This document shows positions 1 through 8,953 of a stretch of 24,924 nt of DNA, one piece after another (position 1 is the first letter of the stretch; the number at the start of each line of letters is the position of its first letter). Both the position numbers and the translations under genes were made by a program. The stretch lies in contig BTVV01000091.1 in the NCBI GenBank assembly GCA_045863855.1, forward strand, positions 1-24,924, given 5' to 3'. This DNA comes from Planctomycetota bacterium. Its GTDB lineage: Bacteria > Planctomycetota > SZUA-567 > H5-PLA8. The notes below the pieces were generated by a model, which was not told the DNA's origin, did not search any database, and saw only the letters and a list, made by a program, of their open reading frames with translations.

Positions 1-1239
1 ATTCTGATGAAGAACTTAATGGACTTCGCGATCGGGTCCATCGCGTACTGGATCCTTGGATTCGGTCTGATGTTCGGGCTTACGGCAGGCGGGTGGATCG
101 GCGGGAGCGCCTTCTTCTTCGACGCCGAGCCGCTGGCCGCAGCGTCGGGCAAGTCGGTTGGTTTCTCGTGGGCGTTCCTGATCTTCCAGACGGTCTTCGC
201 GGCCACGGCGGCGACGATCGTTTCGGGCGCCATGGCCGAACGAACCAAGTTCGTGAGCTACCTGATCTACAGCGCGGTCATCTCGGCGTTCATCTACCCG
301 ATCTTCGGACACTGGGCGTGGGGTAACCTCTTCTTCGCGGACAACACGAGCTGGCTGATGCAGCGTGGCTTTATCGATTTCGCGGGTTCGACGGTGGTGC
401 ATTTCATTGGCGGTGTCTCCGCGCTGGCCGGCGCGATCGTACTGGGGCCACGCCTTGGCAAGTACACGAAGGACGGCAATATCCGTCCGATTCTGGGCCA
501 CAACATGGCCTACGTGGCCTTAGGCGTCTTTATCCTCTGGTTGGGCTGGTTCGGCTTCAACCCGGGCAGCACGTGCGCGGTGGGTGGCGACATGGCCCGG
601 ATCGCGGTAACCACGAATCTGGCCGGTGCGGCCGGCGCGCTCTCTGCGCTGGTGTTGAGCTGGATCCTCTTCAAGAAGCCGGACACCTCGATGACCTTCA
701 ACGGCGTGCTGGCCGGCTTGGTAGGCATCACAGCGGGTTGCGCAAACATGACACCCGCGGGTTCGATTCTTGTCGGATTGCTTTGCGGCACGGCGGTGGT
801 TTGCGCAGTGCTCTTCTTCGACAAGGTTAAAGTGGACGATCCGGTAGGCGCGGTTTCGGTCCACGGCGTCTGCGGTTCGTTGGGCACGTTGATGGTGGGC
901 TTGTGGGGCGTCAAGTACGGCGGTGAAGCCCTGGAGCCCATCGGTCTGCTGAACGGCGGCGGTTCGGCGCAGTTCGTCACCCAGCTCATGGGTGTCGGCG
1001 CGGCCTTCCTGCTCGTCTTCCCCACCATGATGGTCCTCTTCACGATCCTCAAGCATACGGTCGGCCTGCGCGTCAGCGAGCAGGAAGAGATCGAAGGCTT
1101 GGACCTGCACGAGCACGGCAACGAGGCCTACGCTCGCGATACGATGGTCACCACGTCGGGTGGCCAGTCGATCGAAGCTCTGGGCGTGGCCACGGCCCCG
1201 TCCATGGCGAAATTGGCCGCCGAACACGGCGCGCCGTAA
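1..1239 (+). CDS. amtB: Ammonium transporter (Amt/MEP), 5'-truncated by the window edge
   Basis: Amt signatures FQTVFAATAATIVSGAMAER, DFAGSTVVH, LWLGWFGFNPGS, DDPVGAVSVHG and GLRVSEQEEIEGLDLHEHG. The frame is open from base 1 (ILMKN...), so the true start is upstream. Confidence 0.96.
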   Translation: MLMKNLMDFAIGSIAYWILGFGLMFGLTAGGWIGGSAFFFDAEPLAAASGKSVGFSWAFLIFQTVFAATAATIVSGAMAERTKFVSYLIYSAVISAFIYPIFGHWAWGNLFFADNTSWLMQRGFIDFAGSTVVHFIGGVSALAGAIVLGPRLGKYTKDGNIRPILGHNMAYVALGVFILWLGWFGFNPGSTCAVGGDMARIAVTTNLAGAAGALSALVLSWILFKKPDTSMTFNGVLAGLVGITAGCANMTPAGSILVGLLCGTAVVCAVLFFDKVKVDDPVGAVSVHGVCGSLGTLMVGLWGVKYGGEALEPIGLLNGGGSAQFVTQLMGVGAAFLLVFPTMMVLFTILKHTVGLRVSEQEEIEGLDLHEHGNEAYARDTMVTTSGGQSIEALGVATAPSMAKLAAEHGAP

Positions 1240-1255
1240 GCGAGGCCGAAACTCC

Positions 1256-1431
1256 CGGCAGGCCGGACCCCCTCCGGCCGCTCACCCCGGCGGCGTGGGA
1301 GCCCAAACTCCCACGCCGCTGTATTCACGGATGAAACCGGTTCGATGCAGGCCCCGGCATGCGGCAGGCCGGATTCCCTCCGGCCCGCTCACCCCGGCGG
1401 CGTGGGAGCTTCTAAACTCCCACGCCGCTGT
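1256..1431 (+). repeat. Two ~68-nt direct repeats (1256-1322 and 1362-1431), each holding two hairpins
   Basis: Both copies read cggca-GGCCGGA-loop-TCCGGCC-(c)gctcaccccg-GCGGCGTGGGAG-loop-CTCCCACGCCGC-tgt. Stems are identical; loops differ. Confidence 0.9.
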
Positions 1432-1437
1432 TCTTTG
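1395..1437 (+). terminator. Probable intrinsic terminator of amtB (second repeat copy)
   Basis: 12-14 bp GC stem GCGGCGTGGGAG/CTCCCACGCCGC followed by tgttcttt. Confidence 0.6.
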
Positions 1438-1469
1438 ACGCGACGCGCTTCACTCGCTACCGTTCCGGC

Positions 1470-2567
1470 GTGAAGACCGCAGACTTCGACTTCCACCTGC
1501 CGCCCGAATGCATCGCGCAGCAACCGTTGCCCCGGCGCGACGGGGCGCGCCTGCTCACGCTCGACCGCGCGGCGCGCACCTGGCGCGACCGGACGGTGCT
1601 CGAACTGCCCGAGATCCTCCGTCCCGGCGACCTGCTCGTCTTTAACGACACGCGAGTCATTCCCGCCCGCTTGCGCGCAACGCGGGAAGAGACCGGTGGC
1701 AAAGTGGAAGTCTTCCTGTTGCCGCCGGAGCCGGGCGAACTCGAACGGCTTCAGCCGCTCGCGCCCGGCGAGACCGTGCGCCGCGCGCTGACACGCAGCG
1801 GCGGAAAGCTCCGCTCAGGCGAATCGCTGGCGCTTCCCGGCGGATTGAAGGCCAGGCTGCTCGAACGCCGCGGCGAAGCCGGCGAGGTGCTCTCATTCGC
1901 GTTGCCCGAGGACCGTTTCGACGCCTACCTGGATGCGCACGGCGAAGTCCCCCTTCCCCCGTACATCGCTCGAGCGGAAGGCGCTTCTAATATCGTAGAC
2001 CGCGAGCGCTACCAGACCGTCTTCGCTCGGGAACGCGGCGCGGTGGCGGCGCCGACGGCGGGCTTGCATTTCACGCCCGAACTGCTCGAAGCTTTGGATC
2101 GCCGCGGCGTGCGTCGCGCGGCCGTGACGCTGCATGTGGGCTTGGGCACGTTTCGGACGGTCAAGGCCGAGCGGATCGAAGAGCACTACGTCGATCCCGA
2201 GCCGTTCCAGGTGCCGGCCGCCACGGCCGATGCCGTTGCCGCGGCGAAACGCGAAGGGCGGCGCGTCATCCCCATCGGCAGCACCGCCACGCGCACCCTG
2301 GAAGCGTGCTGGGACGCGCCGGCGCGAACCCTGCGCTCGGGGTACGGGCAGACCGATTTGTTTCTGCGCCCGCCGTGCCGCTTTCAGGTCGCCGATGCGC
2401 TGCTGACGAACTTTCACCTGCCGCGCTCGAGCCTCCTGATGCTCGTCGCCGCTTTTTCGTCCCCTGGATGCGAAGACGGCCTTGAGTTCGTCCTGCGCGC
2501 CTACGAGCACGCTAAAGCGGCCGGGTACCGCTTTTTCAGCTACGGGGATGCCTGCCTGTTCGAGTAA
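1470..2567 (+). CDS. queA: S-adenosylmethionine:tRNA ribosyltransferase-isomerase
   Basis: DFDFHLPPECIAQQP, VFNDTRVIPARL, GEVPLPPYI, YQTVFA, AVAAPTAGLHF, LHVGLGTF, TNFHLPRSSL and YRFFSYGDA. GTG start. Confidence 0.97.
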   Translation: MKTADFDFHLPPECIAQQPLPRRDGARLLTLDRAARTWRDRTVLELPEILRPGDLLVFNDTRVIPARLRATREETGGKVEVFLLPPEPGELERLQPLAPGETVRRALTRSGGKLRSGESLALPGGLKARLLERRGEAGEVLSFALPEDRFDAYLDAHGEVPLPPYIARAEGASNIVDRERYQTVFARERGAVAAPTAGLHFTPELLEALDRRGVRRAAVTLHVGLGTFRTVKAERIEEHYVDPEPFQVPAATADAVAAAKREGRRVIPIGSTATRTLEACWDAPARTLRSGYGQTDLFLRPPCRFQVADALLTNFHLPRSSLLMLVAAFSSPGCEDGLEFVLRAYEHAKAAGYRFFSYGDACLFE

Positions 2568-2570
2568 CGC

Positions 2571-3524
2571 TCACCGCGCGCGGATCAGGTCGGCGTCGAC
2601 CAGCTCGAGATCCGCGCGTAAAGCCGCCGTCTCGCGCAGGAAACGTTGCGCGTCGGTGTAATAGCCGGCGGTAGGCGCGAGTTCCGGAGCGTGCGTGCGG
2701 AACCATGCGTTGAAGCGCGCCATGCTCAGTTCGCGTGCGAGCTTCGCGGCCATGCTGGCAAGCGCCACCGGCAGCGACGCACCGTCGGCCTTTTCTCTGA
2801 ATTCCACCGCAACGCGTCGCGCATTCCAATCCAGTTCGTAGGCGCTTCGCGCTTTGGACTCCTCCGCAATCCGCGGCAGCGCCCCGCCGAAGGATGCGGC
2901 CAACGCAGGCGCGTAGAACTTACGTCCACCCAGGCGATCCACCACCGCGTGCACGGCTTCTCCGGGCCGGGCGAAATCTGCGGCGGCGCGAAGCAGCGCG
3001 CCGGCGCGGCGTCCGTTCACTTCGGCTTTATTGCCCCAGCGTTCCACGTCCCGGTTAAAAGCGCCGGCCGGCAACGCACGCGCGCGATAGTGCACGACTT
3101 CCACAGCCCCCGCGGCAAGGCAGGCGCGCAGAGCTGCGGCATGCGTGACTCCACCCGGAATATCGACGGGAGGCAACGGCGCGCGGCCCCACGGTTCCCG
3201 TGCGAGGGCCTCCGCGTCTTCGGCATTCAGAAGCGACTCAACCCCGCCGTCCCAGGGATCGCCATTCACGGCATGCAGGAATGCGGCAACCGCCGCAGCG
3301 AGGCGCTCGAGTTTGCGCGGGCCGGCGTGTACTCGCTTCGAATCGTCGACGGCTATAGTGCCAGGCGGAGCGGGCATGCGTGAAACGAACGGCGCAAGCT
3401 TGCGCCATAAGTCGCCGTGCCAAGCCGGAGACGCCGTATCCGGCACCCGCAGCACGCACAGCCCGTGGCACAACGGTCCCAACACCGGACCGTACCCGGC
3501 TTCGTCCACACCAACGAGTAGCAT
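2571..3524 (-). CDS. Ribonuclease HII-like protein (divergent, GYG variant)
   Basis: GVDEAGYGPVLGPL, DDSK, KADG..PVALASMAAKLARE and AGYYTD match RNase HII motifs. Confidence 0.8.
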   Translation of the reverse strand: MLLVGVDEAGYGPVLGPLCHGLCVLRVPDTASPAWHGDLWRKLAPFVSRMPAPPGTIAVDDSKRVHAGPRKLERLAAAVAAFLHAVNGDPWDGGVESLLNAEDAEALAREPWGRAPLPPVDIPGGVTHAAALRACLAAGAVEVVHYRARALPAGAFNRDVERWGNKAEVNGRRAGALLRAAADFARPGEAVHAVVDRLGGRKFYAPALAASFGGALPRIAEESKARSAYELDWNARRVAVEFREKADGASLPVALASMAAKLARELSMARFNAWFRTHAPELAPTAGYYTDAQRFLRETAALRADLELVDADLIRAR

Positions 3525-3569
3525 CCACTCAGTTTACCGGGCATCCCCGTGTGGCTACGGGAAAACGCG

Positions 3570-4778
3570 TCAACGCAGCTTGCCCAGCGCTTCCTTCGCG
3601 GCGGCCATGCCCTGAACGATGTCCTCGCGCGGCGTCGCGAAGCTCAAGCGCAAATAGCCGTCCTGCATGAACCCGGTGCCGCTGGCGGTGATGACACCCG
3701 AAGACGTGCAGAGGTACTCGGAGACGTCGTCGCTGCTGGAAATGGTTTTGCCGTCCGGCGTGCGCTTGCCTAGGCAGGCTCGGACATCCCAAAAGGAATA
3801 AAAGGTGGCGGGCGTGGGCCAGACGCGCGTGTGCGGCATGCCTTCGGATTCCTTTTGAATCAGATCGCGCAGGGCCTGCAATTCGTCGTGCAGGCCTTGA
3901 TCGTACGGTTGCGAGATCGCGGTGATGGCGGCCACCTGCGTCGGCGTCGCGGGGCCGGACGTGTAATGGCTTTGCAGGTTCACCATCGCCTTGGCGGTGT
4001 CGTCAGGCGCGATGGCCCAGCCGATGCGCAATCCGCCGGTACGTCTGAAATTTTTGGACATGCCGTCGATCTGTATCAGCCACGGCCGAGTGCGGTCGTC
4101 GATGCACGGCTCCGGAAACTTCCGGCCGTCGAAAACCAGCCGCCAGTACAGACGGTCGTAGACGAAGTAGATGCGGTGCTTGATGCACACGTCGAGCAGC
4201 GCATTCACTTCGTGCTGGTCGTAGAGCTGCGCCGTCGGATTCACGGGATTGTTGAGCAGGAATAGCTTCGCGTGCGGGCGCATGCGCAGATTGCGCTCGA
4301 GGTCCTCGGGGACGATTTTCAGGTCCTGCTCGTGCCGTTCCCTTGGAATCACCTGTACCGGGAAAGCGTACGCGGCCGTGGCCAGCGGTTGGTAGCTGAC
4401 CCAAGGCGCCGCATCGAATAGCACGCAGTCGGCGGGGTTGCAGACGGCCAGGAATGTATTGAAGAGGCTCTGCTTCGCGCCGGAACTGATGATCACGTTG
4501 TCGATGCCGTATGCATTTTCTTGCCCAAGCCACTTCAGCACCGCCTGCCTCAGCTCGGGCATTCCCGCCGGATCGGAATACATCGTGTGCTGTTCGTGAA
4601 ACGCCCTTTCGCCGGCGGCCCGAATGGAAGGATCCAGCTCGCCCTTCGTCTCGCCCAAACCGAAATCGTAGACGGGGAGCTTCTGCCGCCGGCGCTCTTC
4701 GGCCAGACGCTTGAGCGCCAGCGTCAGCGACGGGCGGAACTTGCTCATCTTGGCCGAAATCCGTTCGAAGGTTTCCAT
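3570..4778 (-). CDS. PLP-dependent class I/II aminotransferase (aspartate aminotransferase-like)
   Basis: Y..PAGMPELR, SGAKQ, NNPVNPT, DxxY, GMSK (PLP lysine), GLRIGW and YLRLSFA. RBS gaggag upstream. Confidence 0.92.
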   Translation of the reverse strand: METFERISAKMSKFRPSLTLALKRLAEERRRQKLPVYDFGLGETKGELDPSIRAAGERAFHEQHTMYSDPAGMPELRQAVLKWLGQENAYGIDNVIISSGAKQSLFNTFLAVCNPADCVLFDAAPWVSYQPLATAAYAFPVQVIPRERHEQDLKIVPEDLERNLRMRPHAKLFLLNNPVNPTAQLYDQHEVNALLDVCIKHRIYFVYDRLYWRLVFDGRKFPEPCIDDRTRPWLIQIDGMSKNFRRTGGLRIGWAIAPDDTAKAMVNLQSHYTSGPATPTQVAAITAISQPYDQGLHDELQALRDLIQKESEGMPHTRVWPTPATFYSFWDVRACLGKRTPDGKTISSSDDVSEYLCTSSGVITASGTGFMQDGYLRLSFATPREDIVQGMAAAKEALGKLR

Positions 4779-4800
4779 GAATGCTCCTCGGTCCCGTGCT

Positions 4801-6156
4801 TTACTCCGCGGCCTCAGCCAGATCGCGTTCCCGTTGCTGCAAGATACGGTTTAGTTCTGCCTGGTAGAAGAAGTGCTTCTCTCCGAATGCGGGCTTGAGG
4901 TCGGTGAGCCATGCGGCCTGCGGATCGAACTTCGCAAAGAACGCGCGCTTGACCCAGTCCGCATCGCGGCCCTGGATAAACCGAAGCACGAAGACGCGCT
5001 CGCCCTTGATCTCTGTGATGCCTTCGATGGCCACCTTGCCGGGCATCGCCGACATGGACGGGCCGCGAACCGTTCGCGCCAGACCCGAGACATGGCTGTA
5101 CGCTTCCCGGAAGATTTCGTAGGCCTCCGCGAGCGGGATTTCGAAGTACGCCTTCGCGCCCGTATTGCGCTCGACGAACATGTAGTAGGGTACGCAGCCG
5201 AAGCGCACTTGCGTGTTCCACATGCGCGTCCAGACATCGGCCGAATCGTTGATGTGCCGGATCAAAGGCGACTGGCAGCGGATCACCGCTCCGGTGCCGC
5301 GAATGCGGCGGATGGCCTCCTGCGCCACCTCCGTGCTCAACTCGATCCAATGGTTGTAATGCCCCATGATCGCCAGGTGCTTGCCGCTGGCGACAATCTG
5401 CTCGAAAAGCTTCAAGACTTCCTCGGCATCCGGATCGGTCACGTAGCGGTAAGGCCAGTAGCTGACCGATTTGGTGCCGATGCGGATCGTCTGGATATGC
5501 TCGAAGTCCGGACCCAAAAGCGGTTCGATATATGCGCGCAAATTCTTGATCCCCATCACCATCGGATCGCCGCCGGTGAAGAGCACATCGGTCACATCCT
5601 TATGCGCCTTCAGGTAATCCTGGAAGCGCAGGGACTCATCGGTGGCGAACTTGAGATCGTCCAGCCCCACGAATTGCGGCCAACGGAAACAGAAGGTGCA
5701 GTACGCATGGCAGGTCTGGCCGGCCGAGGGGAAGATCAGACACGTTTCGCGGTACTTGTGCTGAACGCCGCTGACGGCATCGCCCTCCCAAACCGGCACG
5801 TTGGCCGTCTTCTGTCCGGCGGGATGCGGATTCAAGGCCAGCCGCACGGCATGCGCGGCCGCCTTAATCTTCGCGTCATCGCCCGCGCGGACCGCCTCCG
5901 CCACACGATCGAAGTGTTCGTCGGTAAGCATCCCGCGCTGCATGAAGGTCAGATTGAAAATCGGATCGTTGGGGACGTTCGTCCAGTCGATCAGATCTTC
6001 GACCACGTAGTTGTTCACGCGCATCGGCAACACATGCGCGACGACCTTCATGGCGAAGCGCATTTCTTCAGGAAGCTTCTGCAACTGGGGGAGTCGTTCG
6101 ATATCGCGAGAAGAGTAAAACTTCGGCTTTCGAGCCTCGATTCGTGTGTGGACCAT
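4801..6156 (-). CDS. KamA-family radical SAM 2,3-aminomutase
   Basis: HKY, CxxxCxxC (CHAYCTFCFR), FTGGDP, IRIGTK, QSPLIRHIND, PYY and PGK. Start 6156 has GGAGGG upstream; ATG 6183 is an alternative. Confidence 0.9.
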   Translation of the reverse strand: MVHTRIEARKPKFYSSRDIERLPQLQKLPEEMRFAMKVVAHVLPMRVNNYVVEDLIDWTNVPNDPIFNLTFMQRGMLTDEHFDRVAEAVRAGDDAKIKAAAHAVRLALNPHPAGQKTANVPVWEGDAVSGVQHKYRETCLIFPSAGQTCHAYCTFCFRWPQFVGLDDLKFATDESLRFQDYLKAHKDVTDVLFTGGDPMVMGIKNLRAYIEPLLGPDFEHIQTIRIGTKSVSYWPYRYVTDPDAEEVLKLFEQIVASGKHLAIMGHYNHWIELSTEVAQEAIRRIRGTGAVIRCQSPLIRHINDSADVWTRMWNTQVRFGCVPYYMFVERNTGAKAYFEIPLAEAYEIFREAYSHVSGLARTVRGPSMSAMPGKVAIEGITEIKGERVFVLRFIQGRDADWVKRAFFAKFDPQAAWLTDLKPAFGEKHFFYQAELNRILQQRERDLAEAAE

Positions 6157-6444
6157 CGGGGTGTCCCTCCTTTTCTTCTTCATCTAGTTGCTTCCTCAAA
6201 GCCCCCGCCCGATCCCAACTCCGGGCGAAGACGATAGCCTTCCGAACGGCAAAACATCCGAAGGATGCTTGTGCGTCATTAGCACGGCGACAATGCCATA
6301 CGGCACGATGCCATGCAGGCAGCGCGAGAGCGCCGAAAAGCGACCACGGGAAATTGTATAAGGCGCGCAGCGCCGTTATTCGGGACCTCACGTCGGACGC
6401 AGCATGACGAGAGCTTTGAAATCAGCCACCGAATAACCAATTTA

Positions 6445-6473
6445 TCTATACCCTCTCCCGCTCTGTGTATCAA
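6445..6473 (-). promoter_or_regulatory. Candidate sigma70 promoter for the aminomutase operon
   Basis: Minus strand TTGATA-17 nt-TATAGA in an AT-rich patch. Confidence 0.35.
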
Positions 6474-6624
6474 TCTTATATCCGGTTATTTTTTATGGAT
6501 TTACAATCGTTAGATCGAATCGCCAGAAGGGCTTTGAATTTAATGCCACGGCGACTCCAGGCCTGAAATTTGTTCATGCTTTCTCGATGCGATGGGCAGG
6601 CTACGGACGCTTCCGGGCCGTCAG

Positions 6625-6652
6625 TTGACCGTATCTGACCCCGCACTATGCT
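6625..6652 (+). promoter_or_regulatory. Candidate sigma70 promoter for the Gfo/Idh/MocA pair
   Basis: TTGACC-16 nt-TATGCT, about 48 nt before the GTG at 6700. Confidence 0.55.
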
Positions 6653-6699
6653 GCGCAAAGCGTTCGCTCATCCGATTCTAACTATCGCGAGGATCACCC

Positions 6700-7773
6700 G
6701 TGGCTCGCCTGCATTCCGTTTCTCCGTTACGCATTGGGCTGTGTGGCGCCGGTATGATGGGCGCCACACATGCCGCGGCTTATGCGGGCATTCCTGGCGC
6801 TAAGCTCGCCGCAGTTTGGGACACCGATCTCAAGCGCGCCGAATCCCTCGCTGCGCGCTTTGGCGGAACCGTGTACGCGCACCGCGACGACCTGATTCAT
6901 GCAGTGGATGTCGTCGACATCTGCCTGCCGACGCCCTGCCACCTCGAGCAGATCGAAGCTGCCGCCGCAAAGGGTAAGGCGGTCTTCTGCGAAAAGCCCC
7001 TGGGCCGCACGCTCGAACAGTGCGATTCCGCCATCGACGCCTGCAAGCGCGCCAAGGTTCCGCTGCTGGTGGGCCACGTCGTCCGCTTCTTTCCCGAGTA
7101 CCGCACGCTGCGGAACACGATCCTGAACGGGGATCTCGGCGACCTGGGCGTCCTGCGTATGAAGCGCGTCGTCTGCAGCCCGGGTCCGGCCGGAAGCTGG
7201 TACTGGGATTTCGCCGCCTCAGGCGGCTGCGTGCTCGATACGGCGATCCATGACCTCGACTGGTTGACCTGGACCTTGGGCCGCCCGGCCTCGGTCTACG
7301 GCATCGGGTTTCGCGATGCGCCAAGCCTGAAAGACTTGGCTTACCTGACGCTGCAGTGGACCGATGGCGCGATTGCGCATCTGGAGTCCAGTTGGAGCCA
7401 CGATACGTTTGCGACGAGCTTCGAAGCCGCCGGTCGCGAAGGCATCGCCGAATTCGATCTGCGCGACAGCGCGGCGCTTCAAGTGGCCTACACGCAGGCT
7501 GCTTCGGGTGGCGGCGGAAACGTCGTGCCCGAAAGTCCGCTCGCCAAGTCGCCCTATCAGGCCGAGTTGGAGCACTTCGTCGCCGTTGTGCGCGGAGAAG
7601 CCAAGCCCCTGATCAAGCCCGAGGAAGCGCGCGAGGCCGTGGAACTGGCCTTGGCCAGCCTGGAAGCCCTGCGCTCGCGCCAGCCCGTACGCTTGCCACC
7701 CCGGCGCGGGGGATCTTCCGCACGGACGGCAAAGCAGCGCGGACGGGCGCTCCCGGCGGCGCACCCAGAGTAA
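6700..7773 (+). CDS. Gfo/Idh/MocA family oxidoreductase
   Basis: Rossmann GLCGAGMMG, CEKP, VGHVVRF and DTAIHDLD. RBS gagga upstream. Confidence 0.93.
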   Translation: MARLHSVSPLRIGLCGAGMMGATHAAAYAGIPGAKLAAVWDTDLKRAESLAARFGGTVYAHRDDLIHAVDVVDICLPTPCHLEQIEAAAAKGKAVFCEKPLGRTLEQCDSAIDACKRAKVPLLVGHVVRFFPEYRTLRNTILNGDLGDLGVLRMKRVVCSPGPAGSWYWDFAASGGCVLDTAIHDLDWLTWTLGRPASVYGIGFRDAPSLKDLAYLTLQWTDGAIAHLESSWSHDTFATSFEAAGREGIAEFDLRDSAALQVAYTQAASGGGGNVVPESPLAKSPYQAELEHFVAVVRGEAKPLIKPEEAREAVELALASLEALRSRQPVRLPPRRGGSSARTAKQRGRALPAAHPE

Positions 7774-7808
7774 TCGTTCGCGGCCTCTCCATATAAAGGA
7801 GTTCGTAC

Positions 7809-8834
7809 ATGACTAAAAAGGTGAAGCTCGCGTTCCTCTCGTTCGCGCATATGCACGGGTACGGGTACGCCTCGCAGCTTCGCGCGCTGCCCAAGGGATC
7901 GGTGGAATTCGCCGGCATCTGGGACCGCGATTTCGCGCGCGCCAAGAAGATGGCCAAGCTGCTGGACACGAAGGCCTTCGCGAAGCGCGAACAGCTTTTG
8001 GCGAAGAAACCCGATGGCGCGATCGTCTGCAGCGAGAACGTTCATCATGCCGAGGATACGATCGCGGCGCTGGAAGCCGGAGCGGGCGTGCTCTGCGAAA
8101 AACCGCTCGCGCCGACGGTGGCCGACTGCCGCGCGATGATCGCGGCGTCGAAGCGAACCGGCCGGCCGTTGATGACGGCCTTCCCGTGCCGGTTTCTAGG
8201 CGCGGTCCTGGCCCTCAAAGCGCGCGTGAATTCCGGCGAGCTCGGCCGGATCCTGGGCGTTTGCGCGACCAATCACGGCCGCCAGCCCGGCGGCTGGTTC
8301 GCCGATCCTAAGTTCAGCGGCGGCGGAGCGGTGATGGACCATACCGTTCACGTCGTCGATCTGCTGCGCTGGCTGCTCAAACGCGAATTCGTCCGCGTGC
8401 ATACGGCCGTCGGCTACAACCGTTTCCGGCTGACCACGCAAGCGGTGGGTAAGCGGCGCGTCGACGATGCGGGCATCCTGAGCCTGGAATTGGACGACGG
8501 CAGCGTGGCCACACTGGACTGCTCGTGGTCGCGCCCGGCCGAGTACCCGACGTGGGGCGACGTGAAAATCGAGTTGGTCGGTACGCACGGCGTGGCCAAG
8601 CTCGATGCGTTCCGCCAGCGCGTCTTGGTGGCGTCCAAAGCCACCGGCAAGCAGGTGGAACGCTGCTTCGGGGACGAAGCCTCCGGTGGACTGGGCGGAG
8701 CCTTCGTGCAGGCGCTGGCCGCGAATGCGCCGGTCCCGGTCAGCGGTGAAGACGGGCTGGCGGCCACCGCCGTGGTGGAAGCCGCCTACGCCAGCGCGCA
8801 AAGCGGGCTTCCGGAGCGAATTTCGGCGCTCTGA
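7809..8834 (+). CDS. Gfo/Idh/MocA family oxidoreductase (second paralogue)
   Basis: FAHMHGYGY, LCEKPLA and GGGAVMDHTVHVVDL. RBS aaggag upstream. Confidence 0.92.
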   Translation: MTKKVKLAFLSFAHMHGYGYASQLRALPKGSVEFAGIWDRDFARAKKMAKLLDTKAFAKREQLLAKKPDGAIVCSENVHHAEDTIAALEAGAGVLCEKPLAPTVADCRAMIAASKRTGRPLMTAFPCRFLGAVLALKARVNSGELGRILGVCATNHGRQPGGWFADPKFSGGGAVMDHTVHVVDLLRWLLKREFVRVHTAVGYNRFRLTTQAVGKRRVDDAGILSLELDDGSVATLDCSWSRPAEYPTWGDVKIELVGTHGVAKLDAFRQRVLVASKATGKQVERCFGDEASGGLGGAFVQALAANAPVPVSGEDGLAATAVVEAAYASAQSGLPERISAL

Positions 8835-8953
8835 GCGCTTTCCGGCTGTTGCAGGAAGGGTTTGCCCGCACTAAGGTTAGGCGGTCTTTGGGGCGCGCGG
8901 CGGCGCGCGTCCACAGCTCCTTTTGCTTTCGCGCCCGGACCTGCTCGACGTAC

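Noticed and set aside
1256..1431. Mini-CRISPR array
   Set aside because: Only two units, about 68 nt long with internal variation, and no cas genes or leader.
4801..6156. Calling the aminomutase epmB, kamA or ablA
   Set aside because: Partner genes are absent from the window and the lysine-binding residues appear changed, so no symbol was assigned.
6278..6320. Sigma54 promoter at the TGGCA repeats
   Set aside because: GG-to-GC spacing is not 10 nt on either strand.
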